IMG/VR virus record: IMGVR_UViG_3300016467_000609
Location: 1-39,002 of that record
Strand: one strand, 5' to 3'
DNA: 39,002 bases
Source of the DNA: a virus
Taxonomy: Duplodnaviria > Caudoviricetes
The notes under the pieces were generated by a model that worked only from the letters and a program-made list of their open reading frames with translations, did not search any database and was not told the DNA's origin. The translations under genes were made by a program, and so were the position numbers. Shown here in pieces: positions 23,259 to 32,431 of this stretch. How positions within the stretch are numbered: the first letter of the stretch is position 1; each line of letters opens with the position of its first letter.

Positions 23259-23918
23259 GTGACTGAGAAGGCAGAAAAGCGCGGGATCAAGCCTGGAACC
23301 AAGACGAAGGGCAAGCTCTCCGACAAAGCATGGGCTGAAGCCACAACCCTGTGGAAGCAGGGCGTGGTCACGCTCGAGGAGCTGGCGGCGAAGTACGACC
23401 GGCATCCCCAGTCGTTCGCCCAATACTTTCGTCGGCGCGGGATCAAGAAGGGCCAGGACAAGGACAAGATCGCCAAGAAGGTCGAAGCCGCTGTCGAGAA
23501 GCAGGAGCTCAACGACGCACAGATGATCGCCGCTCGCATTCGCGAGACAAAAGAGGATCACTACAAGATGGCCGCCGGCCTGGCGAAGCTCACCTGGGCC
23601 GAGATTCTCAAAGCCAAGCAAGATGGGGTGCCCGTCGGCACCGCGATCAACAATCTGAAGGCGCTGGAAAGCGCCATGAACGTGCTCAAGAAGGCTCGCG
23701 AGGAGCGCTACAGCGTTCTGGGCCTGGATCGTCCGGATGCGATCGACGAGAACGATGTGCCGGAACTGGTGATCTCGGAGCTCACCGCCGACCAGATCGC
23801 CGCACTGCGCGAGCGTTCCTTCCGAGAGATGGACCAACTCGAGATCGCAGGCGACATCGAGGACGTTCCCGAGGAAGGCGCCGGCGACGACGACGCCGAT
23901 GTGGTCGAGGAGTCCTGA
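23259..23918 (+). CDS. terS: Terminase small subunit
   Basis: N-terminal HTH (W....TLEELAAKY), coiled-coil middle, directly upstream of TerL. Confidence 0.7.
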   Translation: MTEKAEKRGIKPGTKTKGKLSDKAWAEATTLWKQGVVTLEELAAKYDRHPQSFAQYFRRRGIKKGQDKDKIAKKVEAAVEKQELNDAQMIAARIRETKEDHYKMAAGLAKLTWAEILKAKQDGVPVGTAINNLKALESAMNVLKKAREERYSVLGLDRPDAIDENDVPELVISELTADQIAALRERSFREMDQLEIAGDIEDVPEEGAGDDDADVVEES

Positions 23919-25162
23919 TGGCAACAAAGGTCGGACTCTCGCTACACCCGAAGCAGATGGAGGTTTACCGCTCCGTGGCGCGGTATCGGGTGGTCGTGGC
24001 TGGCCGACGCTGGGGCAAGACCGCGCTGTCGCGGGTGCTCATCATCAAGAAGGCCCAGAAGAAGAAGCAGAAAATCTGGTACGTGGCGCCAACGTACAAG
24101 ATGGCCAAGCAGATCATGTGGGTGGACCTGATGGATGCGATTCCGCGCAAGTGGATTCGCAAGGTCAACGAAACCAGCCTCACCATCACGCTCATCAACG
24201 GCACTCGCATCGAGCTGAAGGGCGCCGACAAGCCCGATTCGCTGCGAGGCGTGGGTATCCACTTCCTCGTGCTCGACGAGTTTCAGGACATGGCCGAAGA
24301 AGTCTGGACGCTTGTGCTGCGTCCGACATTGGCCGACACGGGTGGCCATGCAATCTTCATCGGCACCCCCAAGGCGTACAACTATCTCTACGAGCTGTAC
24401 AAAAAGGGCCAGAACCCGAAACTCATCGCCGCCGGCGAGTGGGAATCCTGGCAGTTTCCGACGATCACCTCGCCCTTCATTCCGCTTGATGAAATTCAGG
24501 CCGCTCGCGCCGACATGGACGAGAAGAGCTTCAAGCAGGAATTCGAGGCGTCGTTCGAGACGATGTCGGGCCGGGTGTACTACCCGTTCGATCGCCACCT
24601 GCACGTTCAGTCCCTGGAGTTCAACCCGAAGCTGCCGATCTGGGTCGGCATGGACTTCAACATCGACCCGATGTCCACGGTGATCTACCAGCCGCAGCTC
24701 AATGGCGAACTGTGGGCCATCGACGAGATCGTGCTCTTCGGCTCGAACACCGAAGAGGTCTGCGAGGAGCTGGAGAAGCGGTACTGGCGTCACCAGTCGC
24801 AGATCATCATGTACCCCGACCCGGCCGGCGGACAGCGTCAGCACGCTCGGGGTGAGACCGACATGGACATCCTGCGCGAGAAGGGCTTCAAGCGGATCAA
24901 GTACCGCCGCAAGCACCCGCTCGTGGCTGACCGTGTGAACGCAGTCAACCGGATGCTCAAGGACGCCAACGGCAACGTGCGCCTGCGGATCGACCCGAAG
25001 TGCAAGCACTTCATCAACGCCCTGGAGCAGACGATTTACAAAAAAGGCACGCGAGAAGTGGACAAGTCGATGGGTATCGAGCACTCGGCCGACGCAGGCG
25101 GTTACTGCATCGAGCTGGAATTCCCGGTACGCAAAGTTGAAATTGGCGGCTTGTCAATCTGA
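23918..25162 (+). CDS. terL: Terminase large subunit
   Basis: LHPKQ, Walker A AGRRWGKT, Walker B FLVLDE, FIGTP, nuclease GMDFN and HSADA. Confidence 0.95.
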   Translation: MATKVGLSLHPKQMEVYRSVARYRVVVAGRRWGKTALSRVLIIKKAQKKKQKIWYVAPTYKMAKQIMWVDLMDAIPRKWIRKVNETSLTITLINGTRIELKGADKPDSLRGVGIHFLVLDEFQDMAEEVWTLVLRPTLADTGGHAIFIGTPKAYNYLYELYKKGQNPKLIAAGEWESWQFPTITSPFIPLDEIQAARADMDEKSFKQEFEASFETMSGRVYYPFDRHLHVQSLEFNPKLPIWVGMDFNIDPMSTVIYQPQLNGELWAIDEIVLFGSNTEEVCEELEKRYWRHQSQIIMYPDPAGGQRQHARGETDMDILREKGFKRIKYRRKHPLVADRVNAVNRMLKDANGNVRLRIDPKCKHFINALEQTIYKKGTREVDKSMGIEHSADAGGYCIELEFPVRKVEIGGLSI

Positions 25163-25165
25163 GGA

Positions 25166-25194
25166 TTGACTAAGTCACCGCTGACGTATAAGAT
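25166..25194 (+). promoter_or_regulatory. Portal promoter with operator in spacer
   Basis: TTGACT-aaGTCACCGCTGACgta-TAAGAT (17-nt spacer). Confidence 0.7.
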
Positions 25195-25204
25195 AGGAAA
25201 AATC

Positions 25205-26818
25205 ATGGCCAAACCAATCCTCCAACCAGGCGAGAGCATGACAGTCGACCCGGCATCGCCGGTGGCCGGCGGTGCGTCCGCGCCCCAGACCGACGACCAG
25301 AAGAAGCTGCGTGCCCTGATCGAGCGTCGCCATCCGGAGTACCACGAGTACAAGGACCACTGGGACTTCCTCGAGGACACCTACGAGGGTGGTCGCGAAT
25401 GGTTCAAGGGCAATGTCTTCCGGTACATCAAGGAGGGCGACACCGAGTTCGCCGACCGCCTGAATCGGGCGTACCGCTTCAACCACAGTCGCGAGGTCGT
25501 GGACCTGCTGAACAAGTACCTGTTCAAGCAGAACATCACCCGCAACGAGGCTGACGCTCCGGAGTCGGTCAAACGCTTCTGGGCCAAGGCCACCAAGAAC
25601 GGGCTGCACATCAAGGAGCTCTCGCGCCAGATCAGCAAGAAGACCTCCATCTACGGGCGCATTGGTGTGGTGGTGGACAACACCAACGGCGTCAACAACG
25701 CTCCGGTCGTCTCCAAAGCGGACGAGAAGAGCGCCGGCGTTCGCACCTACGCCTACACCGTCGGCCCCGAGCAGCTGCTGGACTACGCCTTTGACGAGGA
25801 TGGCGCGCTCGAGTGGATTCTGATCGAGGAGTGCGTGCGCGACGCCGCCGATCCAATGAACTCGAGCGGCGAGGAAGTTGAACGCTACCGCCTGTGGACC
25901 AAGACCGAGTGGCGTCTGTACCAGGAGTTCAAGGAAGGCCGGCGCAAGGTCGTCAAGCTCGTGGGTTCGGGCCAGCACAACCTGGGCATCGTCCCCGTCA
26001 TCCTGGCCGACAACATCATCTCGGACGAGGAATACAGCGCCCAGTCGCTGATCGACGAGATCGCGTACCTGGACCGTGCGGTCGCCAACTACCTCTCGAA
26101 CCTGGACGCGATCATCCAGGACCAGACCTTCAGCCAGCTGGCCATGCCGGCGCAGAACGTGCTGCCTGGCGAGGACAACTACACCAAGCTCACCGAAATG
26201 GGCACCAAGCGCATCTTCCTCTACGACGGGGAGGGTGGCGCGCAACCTTTCTATCTGTCGCCTGATCCAAAGCAGGCTCAGATGATCCTGGCGGTCATCA
26301 ACAAGATCATCAACGAGATTTACCACACGGTCGGTCTCGCGGGTGAGCGGACCAAGCAGGACAACGCGGTCGGTATCGACAACTCTTCCGGCGTGGCCAA
26401 GGCGTACGACTTCGAGCGAGTGAATGCTCTGTTGGCCGCCAAAGCCGATTCGCTGGAGGCGATTGAGAACAAGATCGCGTACATCGTCGCCAAGTGGAGC
26501 GGTGAAGAGGCCAAAGTGGAGAAAGACCTCGTGTCATATCCCGATGACTTCGACACTCGCGGCCTCTACGACGAGTTCGACATCGCCGCACGACTCATGC
26601 TCATCAGCGCGCCGGACGCGGTTCGCCAGGAGCAGATGAAGGCGGTGCTCGACAAGCTGTTCCCGCAGCTGGCCAAAGACCTTCGCAAGAAGATGGAAGC
26701 CGAGCTGAAGAAATGGCCCGTCGATCCGGCAGACCTGACAGCAGACCCGAACACCCCGGTTCCTGCAGGAAAGTCGAAAAGCAATCAAGGCGCCGTAGGC
26801 TCCTCGAAGGAGGAATGA
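25205..26818 (+). CDS. Portal protein
   Basis: Follows TerL; 537 aa; HNLG.VPV and SGVAKAYDF motifs. Confidence 0.85.
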   Translation: MAKPILQPGESMTVDPASPVAGGASAPQTDDQKKLRALIERRHPEYHEYKDHWDFLEDTYEGGREWFKGNVFRYIKEGDTEFADRLNRAYRFNHSREVVDLLNKYLFKQNITRNEADAPESVKRFWAKATKNGLHIKELSRQISKKTSIYGRIGVVVDNTNGVNNAPVVSKADEKSAGVRTYAYTVGPEQLLDYAFDEDGALEWILIEECVRDAADPMNSSGEEVERYRLWTKTEWRLYQEFKEGRRKVVKLVGSGQHNLGIVPVILADNIISDEEYSAQSLIDEIAYLDRAVANYLSNLDAIIQDQTFSQLAMPAQNVLPGEDNYTKLTEMGTKRIFLYDGEGGAQPFYLSPDPKQAQMILAVINKIINEIYHTVGLAGERTKQDNAVGIDNSSGVAKAYDFERVNALLAAKADSLEAIENKIAYIVAKWSGEEAKVEKDLVSYPDDFDTRGLYDEFDIAARLMLISAPDAVRQEQMKAVLDKLFPQLAKDLRKKMEAELKKWPVDPADLTADPNTPVPAGKSKSNQGAVGSSKEE

Positions 26819-26891
26819 TCCTCCGCACGCCGACAAGAGACTGTCGGCGTTCAACAACCAATGACCAAGAGAACGGTCAGAAAGGCAAACT

Positions 26892-27788
26892 ATGTTCGTA
26901 ACTCGCAATGTTGCAATGAAGTACCGCAACCCCACCAACGGAGATGGTGGAGACGGTGGCGGCTCTGGTGGCGGTGGTTCCGGTGGTTCCGGTGACGGCG
27001 GCTCTGGTGACGGCGGCAAACCCGATGACAAGGGTGGTGACGACGACAACAAGCCCGACGACAAGGGCGGCTCCGGTGACGGTGATGGCAAGGGCGGTCG
27101 CAACAAACCGTCCGACGAAGAGGCTCGTCTTCTCAAAGAGAACATGAAGAAGAAGGAGCAGCTCGACAAGGCTAACGCCGAGCTGAAGAAGGCTCAGGAA
27201 CTCCTGAAGAACTTCGAAGGCATCGACCCCGTGGCGGTCAAGAAGATGCTGGAAGACCAGCGCACGGCTGAAGAGAAAGCTCTCGAGGCCAAGGGCGACT
27301 GGGATCGTCTGAAAACGCGCATGGCTGAAGAGCATGGCAAGGAAGTCAAGACGCTCCAGGACCAGATCAAGCAACTGAGCGAACAGCTCAACTCCACCCA
27401 AAGCACGATCAAAGACCTGTCGATCGGCACCCAGTTCTCGCAATCGAAGTTCATTGCGGAAGAGCTGACGCTGACCCCCGGTAAGGCTCGTGTCATCTAC
27501 GGCGAATACTTCGACGTGGAAGACGGCAAGGTGGTGGGTTACGACAAACCTCGCGGCACTGCGAACCGCACGGCTATCGTCGATCAGTACGGCAACGCCG
27601 TTGACTTCGAATCCGCGCTTCGCAAGATCGTCGAGGCCGACCCCGAGAAGGATCATCTGCTCAAGAGCAAGATGAAACCTGGCGCTGGTTCGGATTCACG
27701 CAAACCGGCCGGTAGTGCAAAACCGGATGCGCCTACTGATGGTGTTTCCAAGATTGCGTCCGGTCTCAAAGGCTTGAACATCGCTTAA
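26892..27788 (+). CDS. Capsid scaffolding protein
   Basis: Gly/Asp low-complexity N-terminus, coiled coil, GAGS near C-terminus; immediately upstream of capsid. Confidence 0.75.
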   Translation: MFVTRNVAMKYRNPTNGDGGDGGGSGGGGSGGSGDGGSGDGGKPDDKGGDDDNKPDDKGGSGDGDGKGGRNKPSDEEARLLKENMKKKEQLDKANAELKKAQELLKNFEGIDPVAVKKMLEDQRTAEEKALEAKGDWDRLKTRMAEEHGKEVKTLQDQIKQLSEQLNSTQSTIKDLSIGTQFSQSKFIAEELTLTPGKARVIYGEYFDVEDGKVVGYDKPRGTANRTAIVDQYGNAVDFESALRKIVEADPEKDHLLKSKMKPGAGSDSRKPAGSAKPDAPTDGVSKIASGLKGLNIA

Positions 27789-27795
27789 GTTATAA

Positions 27796-27853
27796 GTCAC
27801 CAATGACTTGCAATTTGCCACAAACTGTGGTATAGTGCTGCCTCATCGGTGAC
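27796..27853 (+). promoter_or_regulatory. Major-capsid promoter bracketed by two operators
   Basis: GTCACCAATGAC 27796-27807, TTGCAA-17-TATAGT (27808-27836), CTCATCGGTGAC 27842-27853. Confidence 0.75.
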
Positions 27854-27910
27854 TTAGAGCGACGTAAGGGCCGAGACATTGACAACCCTCTCCTGGAAAG
27901 GATTCATCAA

Positions 27911-28822
27911 ATGGCTCTCCTGCGCCAAGAAGCTGAAAAGCTGAGCAACAACCAGCTGATCGCTGGCGTGATCGACGAGATCATCGACCGCGACGACCTG
28001 ATGGCCGTCCTGCCCTTCTCGCAAGTGAATGGCAAGGCCTATGTGTACAACCGTGAGAACACCCTGGGTGGTGCTGCATGGCTTGACCCCAACGAAGCGA
28101 TCGGCGAATCCGCTGCTACGTTCACCGAAGTGGTGGCGAAGCTGCGTATCCTCGCTGGTGACGTGGACGTGGACAAGTTCCTGCAGTCGACCATGGGCGA
28201 CACCAACGACCAGATGGCCGTTCAGATCGCCAAGAAAGCCAAGGCTGTCGCTCGCGAATTCCACCGCACTCTGGCCAAAGGCAACGCAACTGCCAACGCC
28301 AAAGAGTTCGATGGTCTGCCCACGCTGGCTGCCGCTGCTGGTGGCACCCAGACCGTGAACGCCGGCACCAACGGCAACGCCCTGACTCTGACCATGCTCG
28401 ACGAGCTGGTTGACAGCGTGCCGAACGGTCCCGATGTGATCGTGATGCGCCGTGGCACCATCCGTGCCTTCCGTGCTCTCCTGCGCGCCACTTACGGCAC
28501 CGACGCCGTGATGCAGCAGCTCGAGAACTTTGGCCGCCCGATGCTGACCCACAACGGCATTCCGGTCATCATGAACGAGTTCCTGGCTTCCGACGAAGCT
28601 CAAGGCTCCAACGCCAACACCTGCTCTGTCTACGCTCTGCGTCTGAACGAGCTGGATGGCCTGCATGGTCTGTATGGCGGCGGTAACGCCGGCATCGTGG
28701 TCGAGAACATCGGCACCGTGCAGAACAAGGACGCCACTCGCATCCGTCTGAAGTGGTACACCGGCCTGGCCCTGAAGAGCACCCGCTCCATCGGCCGTCT
28801 GAAGGGCGTGTCCAACATCTGA
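27911..28822 (+). CDS. Major capsid protein (HK97 fold)
   Basis: 303 aa, highly biased codons; LPF..V.G.AY.YNRE, GDVDVDKF, EFDGL, LKWY.GLA. Confidence 0.9.
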   Translation: MALLRQEAEKLSNNQLIAGVIDEIIDRDDLMAVLPFSQVNGKAYVYNRENTLGGAAWLDPNEAIGESAATFTEVVAKLRILAGDVDVDKFLQSTMGDTNDQMAVQIAKKAKAVAREFHRTLAKGNATANAKEFDGLPTLAAAAGGTQTVNAGTNGNALTLTMLDELVDSVPNGPDVIVMRRGTIRAFRALLRATYGTDAVMQQLENFGRPMLTHNGIPVIMNEFLASDEAQGSNANTCSVYALRLNELDGLHGLYGGGNAGIVVENIGTVQNKDATRIRLKWYTGLALKSTRSIGRLKGVSNI

Positions 28823-28828
28823 TCGGTG

Positions 28829-28857
28829 TTGGCAGTCAGTCACAACTGACGTACAAT
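28829..28857 (+). promoter_or_regulatory. Promoter with operator GTCACAACTGAC in spacer
   Basis: TTGGCA-17-TACAAT. Confidence 0.65.
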
Positions 28858-28892
28858 AAGGGCAAGCTCAAAAGGCTTGCCCTTTTTCTTTT
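28858..28892 (+). terminator. Intrinsic terminator after capsid gene
   Basis: AAGGGCAAGC-tcaaaag-GCTTGCCCTT-TTTCTTTT. Confidence 0.85.
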
Positions 28893-28908
28893 GTAAAGGA
28901 GTCACCTC

Positions 28909-29193
28909 ATGAAAATTCGTATCGTCCAAGCGGGCTACGAAACATTCACCGGCTTGCTCGGTGATGTGAAATTCGAAAATGGCCTGTCTGTAAAAGACGC
29001 CGCACCTGAACAATTTGCCTACGTGCGTTCGCTCTTCGTTGCTGAAGAAGTTGCCGAGGAAGTTGTCGAGAGCGACGGCGACACCAATCCGCAAGGTGGT
29101 GAGGAATTGACCCCGGAAGGTCAAGAAGAAGACCAGAAACCGCAAGAGCAGGCGGAATTGACCTCTGAAGGTCAAGAAGAGGCGGCCGAATGA
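28909..29193 (+). CDS. Putative virion accessory protein (paralogue of next gene)
   Basis: MKIRIVQAGYETFTG..G.V.FENGLSV; acidic repeat ELT.EGQEE x2. Confidence 0.65.
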   Translation: MKIRIVQAGYETFTGLLGDVKFENGLSVKDAAPEQFAYVRSLFVAEEVAEEVVESDGDTNPQGGEELTPEGQEEDQKPQEQAELTSEGQEEAAE

Positions 29194-29633
29194 AGCTGCG
29201 CCTCACACAAGCAGGCTTCGAGAGCTACACCGGCCAGATGGGCGTGGTGTGGTTTGAGAACGGCCTGTCCGTCACTGACGTATCGCCGATCGACGCCATT
29301 CGCATCTCCGCAGCCATCGGTGCGGACTGGGAAGATGGCACCGCCGCCAACGTGGGCGATATGTACCTGAACAACATGAATGTGCCCGCGCATGTCGGCA
29401 TGGCTGACCGCACGTCACCCGAAGCACCGCAACAAAGCCCCGAACAGACGCCTCAGAGCGAAGCGCCCACCACGGTCTACACCGAGGAGGAGCTCGCCAA
29501 GATCGCCGACCAAAAGGGCATCGCCGGTCTTCGAGAGATCGCCGATCCGCTGGGCGTCAAGGGCACCTCGATCGTTGGCCTGATCGCAGAAATCCTGAAG
29601 AAACAGGCCACACCGAAACCCACAGCGGAGTAA
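29190..29633 (+). CDS. Putative virion accessory protein with C-terminal helical (HeH/Rho-N-like) domain
   Basis: MKLRLTQAGFESYTG..G.VWFENGLSV; GIAGLREIA..LGVKG.SI..LI.EIL. Confidence 0.65.
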   Translation: MKLRLTQAGFESYTGQMGVVWFENGLSVTDVSPIDAIRISAAIGADWEDGTAANVGDMYLNNMNVPAHVGMADRTSPEAPQQSPEQTPQSEAPTTVYTEEELAKIADQKGIAGLREIADPLGVKGTSIVGLIAEILKKQATPKPTAE

Positions 29634-29636
29634 GCG

Positions 29637-30482
29637 ATGCTCGATGTCTTCCTGAACAACACCGATGTCGTTTTGACAATCGACCTTGTCGATGCGTCCG
29701 GCAATGCACTGAATGTCAATTCGGTGGCGTATCGGGTCGTCGATCAGGACGGCACCGAGCTTGTCGCCCAAGGGCCGCTGTCGGGCTTCACCGCAGGCGA
29801 CGCGCAGGCAACAGTCACCGTTTCCGCAGTGAAGAATCAACTGGGTGCGGAGAACGTGCGTGAAGTTCGCACCGTGGAGCTGCTGTGCGCGACCGACGCC
29901 GGCACCGTGGGTCTGGTCAAGAGCTACGGCATCGAGGCGCTGGACCCGCTGAAGGTTCCGGACAACAGCTTCATGACCTACCCGATGGCCGAAATGATGG
30001 CCATGAGCATTCCGAACCTGGCGGCCTACAACGCCGCATCGGAACAGGAAAAGATCGCTGCGCTGATGGACGCCCGCGAGCACATCTGCCAGCTGAACTT
30101 CGGGCTGCTCAATTCCAACGCGAATTTCAGCCAGGATCAGCTGTCGTACGTGCCGGAAGGCGAGTTTCAGTCGAGCTATGTGGCTCGCAACTCTCTGTTC
30201 CTGTTCAACGGCAACCTGGCGCTTCTGAATCAGACGCAGTTCAACACATTGCCCGAGAAGTTCAAGCGTGCGCTTCGTCAGGCGCAGGTCGTCGAGGCCA
30301 ACGCGATCCTGGGCGGCGAAGCGGACGACAACAAGCGGGCCGCCGGCATCGTCGAAGAGGCGATCGGTGAGACTCGCGTCAAGTACGGCCAGGGTGCCGC
30401 ACTGCGTCTGCCCGTCTGCCGTCGAGCGCTCGGCTACCTGAGCTACTACGTGACCTTCGCCAAGCGGATCGGACGAGCATGA
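29637..30482 (+). CDS. Head-tail adaptor/connector protein
   Basis: Position; NSF.T...A...; LP...K.A...Q; GI.EE.IGE..V.Y pattern. Confidence 0.6.
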   Translation: MLDVFLNNTDVVLTIDLVDASGNALNVNSVAYRVVDQDGTELVAQGPLSGFTAGDAQATVTVSAVKNQLGAENVREVRTVELLCATDAGTVGLVKSYGIEALDPLKVPDNSFMTYPMAEMMAMSIPNLAAYNAASEQEKIAALMDAREHICQLNFGLLNSNANFSQDQLSYVPEGEFQSSYVARNSLFLFNGNLALLNQTQFNTLPEKFKRALRQAQVVEANAILGGEADDNKRAAGIVEEAIGETRVKYGQGAALRLPVCRRALGYLSYYVTFAKRIGRA

Positions 30483-31156
30483 TCTTCAACGACTTCGCCT
30501 CACGCCTGGCTCGAGAGTATGGGCTGTTCCTGTCGGCGCTCACCGGACGCTACCTGTCGATGATGAGCCCTGGAACGGAAGTCTCGCCGATGTCGATCGC
30601 TCAGATGCAAAGTGCAGGCGATGCGATGCGCCGCACCTACATGGAGCTCGCCGACCGAAGCGTTCGCGACTTCGTGGCTCAGATGAGCGGAGAAGCGATG
30701 GTCGAGGCAACCAAGGACTTTCTCAAGCGCATCGACAGCATGACGGCTCAGAACATCGAGCTGCTTGTGGATCGAATGAAGGGGATGAAGAACAACGCGC
30801 TCGATGCTGTCAAAGAGAACATGCACGGGTCGATGGGGCTGCTGCTGCAGCGCCAACTGATGAATCCCGAGTACACCGTGAAGACAGCAAGCGGACGCAC
30901 GTACGAAGCGCTGGGGCTGATGACGACCGAAGCTCGCCACTTTGCGTACCGCACCTGGCTGCACGCCGAGATGGCAAAGCTGTCATGGACGGGCGACCTG
31001 GCCGAAGTTCGATACGCCGATCCGGAGCACAAGAACAATGGGCTCGTCTTTTCGATGAGCGGCAACACTCTGGGCTACCCGAGCTTCGAGGACATTGCCG
31101 ACCGGGTCTTTCACTACAACTCAACCGCGACGATTGCACCTCATGTTCCGGCCTAA
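30479..31156 (+). CDS. Head/neck morphogenesis-region protein
   Basis: Coupled ORF within structural operon. Confidence 0.6.
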   Translation: MIFNDFASRLAREYGLFLSALTGRYLSMMSPGTEVSPMSIAQMQSAGDAMRRTYMELADRSVRDFVAQMSGEAMVEATKDFLKRIDSMTAQNIELLVDRMKGMKNNALDAVKENMHGSMGLLLQRQLMNPEYTVKTASGRTYEALGLMTTEARHFAYRTWLHAEMAKLSWTGDLAEVRYADPEHKNNGLVFSMSGNTLGYPSFEDIADRVFHYNSTATIAPHVPA

Positions 31157-31487
31157 TAAAACCTGCGTCATCAGCGTCTCGTCCGGCAAGACGGACGTTT
31201 ACGGCCAGCCGCTGCCGGCACGCCGGGTGCGTGAGCAGTGCGCGGTCGTGAAGCTCGACATCGTCAGCGCTCAAACCACCGTGCGAGCGGACAGCTCAGC
31301 CTCTCGCGGCAACGCTCGCGAGCTGACGGCCGATGCCGTGATTCTGCTGACCAAGTACACGATTGCCGCCATCAACGACATCATCGAGATCGGCGACGCA
31401 AAGCTGCGGATCGTCTCCAAGCATCCGCGTTTCAACATCTCCGGGGATGTGGACCACATCGAGACCCGCTGCGTGATCTGGAGCTGA
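31143..31487 (+). CDS. Head-closure (stopper)-like protein
   Basis: 114 aa beta-rich, D.YGQP motif, position. Confidence 0.55.
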   Translation: MFRPNKTCVISVSSGKTDVYGQPLPARRVREQCAVVKLDIVSAQTTVRADSSASRGNARELTADAVILLTKYTIAAINDIIEIGDAKLRIVSKHPRFNISGDVDHIETRCVIWS

Positions 31488-31488
31488 C

Positions 31489-31887
31489 ATGGACCTGATG
31501 CCCATTGCCAACAAGCTGGAGTTCGAGGGCCTGGGCGTCCAGGGGTCAACTCTGTTCGTCAACTTCATGCCTGACGAGTGCAAGGAGGGCGTGCTTTTGC
31601 GTAGCCCATTGATCGGCACGAGGATCGACCCCAACCTGCCTGGCTACTACAAGAGCGAGTTCGCCGCGATCGTGCGATGCACCCGCTACGAGCAGGGTCT
31701 GGCGCTGATGCAAGATGCCATGAAGGCGCTGACGCTGTTCGAAACCGAGCAGGACGACATTCTCATCAAGCGGTGCTACCCGCGAAACCTGCCGGCGACG
31801 TTCCCGATCAGCGACGGCAACTACTTCGAGATTCAGGTGGTGTTCGAAATCGTCTACTGCGGAGCAGCCTATGGGCGTGCATCTTGA
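31489..31887 (+). CDS. Tail terminator-like protein
   Basis: Size and position; G.TLFV..MP...R...Y pattern. Confidence 0.5.
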   Translation: MDLMPIANKLEFEGLGVQGSTLFVNFMPDECKEGVLLRSPLIGTRIDPNLPGYYKSEFAAIVRCTRYEQGLALMQDAMKALTLFETEQDDILIKRCYPRNLPATFPISDGNYFEIQVVFEIVYCGAAYGRAS

Positions 31888-32332
31888 AGGCGTCGATGAG
31901 CTGATGACGATTCTGCGGCAGACCGGCGCCAAAGCGCAGCGCGGGGTCTACGAGCAGATGAAGAAGGAGGCGCGAGAGATTCAGCGCCTGGCGCGCCTGT
32001 ACGCACCGATCGACCACGGCAATCTCGAGGACGCGATCTCGGTCGAGGAAATTGACGCCGAACGTGGCGAAGGAGGGCGCTTCGGACGAAAGTCGGTCGC
32101 GGTCTTCGTCGATACGACCCAGGAAGGCTACAAGGGTGAGCCGATCGGTCAGTACGCCTACATCATGCACGAGTACCTGGCGCCTTACGGTCGCTTCAAG
32201 CTCGGCCCGCTGTCGCGGCAGAAGAATTCCGGCAATGGAAAGGTGGGCGGTAAGTACCTGGAGCGTGCGATCAATGATGTATCCGCTGAGATGATGAAAC
32301 GTCTAGTGGATGTAGCTCGGTCTTACTACTAG
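31871..32332 (+). CDS. HK97 gp10-like tail completion protein
   Basis: AP.D.G.L..AI, YA..MHE, KYLERA motifs. Confidence 0.7.
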   Translation: MGVHLEGVDELMTILRQTGAKAQRGVYEQMKKEAREIQRLARLYAPIDHGNLEDAISVEEIDAERGEGGRFGRKSVAVFVDTTQEGYKGEPIGQYAYIMHEYLAPYGRFKLGPLSRQKNSGNGKVGGKYLERAINDVSAEMMKRLVDVARSYY

Positions 32333-32342
32333 CAAAAAGCAC

Positions 32343-32371
32343 TGGACTTTTGTGCATATTTGTGGTAGAGT
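32343..32371 (+). promoter_or_regulatory. Promoter of major tail gene
   Basis: TGGACT-17-TAGAGT with extended TG; GAAGTCA-N8-TGACTTC inverted repeat downstream. Confidence 0.5.
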
Positions 32372-32431
32372 GCCGGCACCGGCGAAGTCATTAAGCAGTG
32401 ACTTCAATCCCCTTTGCAAAGGAGCTCTCGA

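Noticed and set aside
23351-23917. N-terminal extension of TerL (603-aa call)
   Set aside because: Overlaps terS in another frame; the coupled TGATG start at 23918 gives a normal-sized TerL
26940-27100. GGT/GGC-rich DNA repeat
   Set aside because: Explained by the Gly/Asp/Ser linker of the scaffold protein
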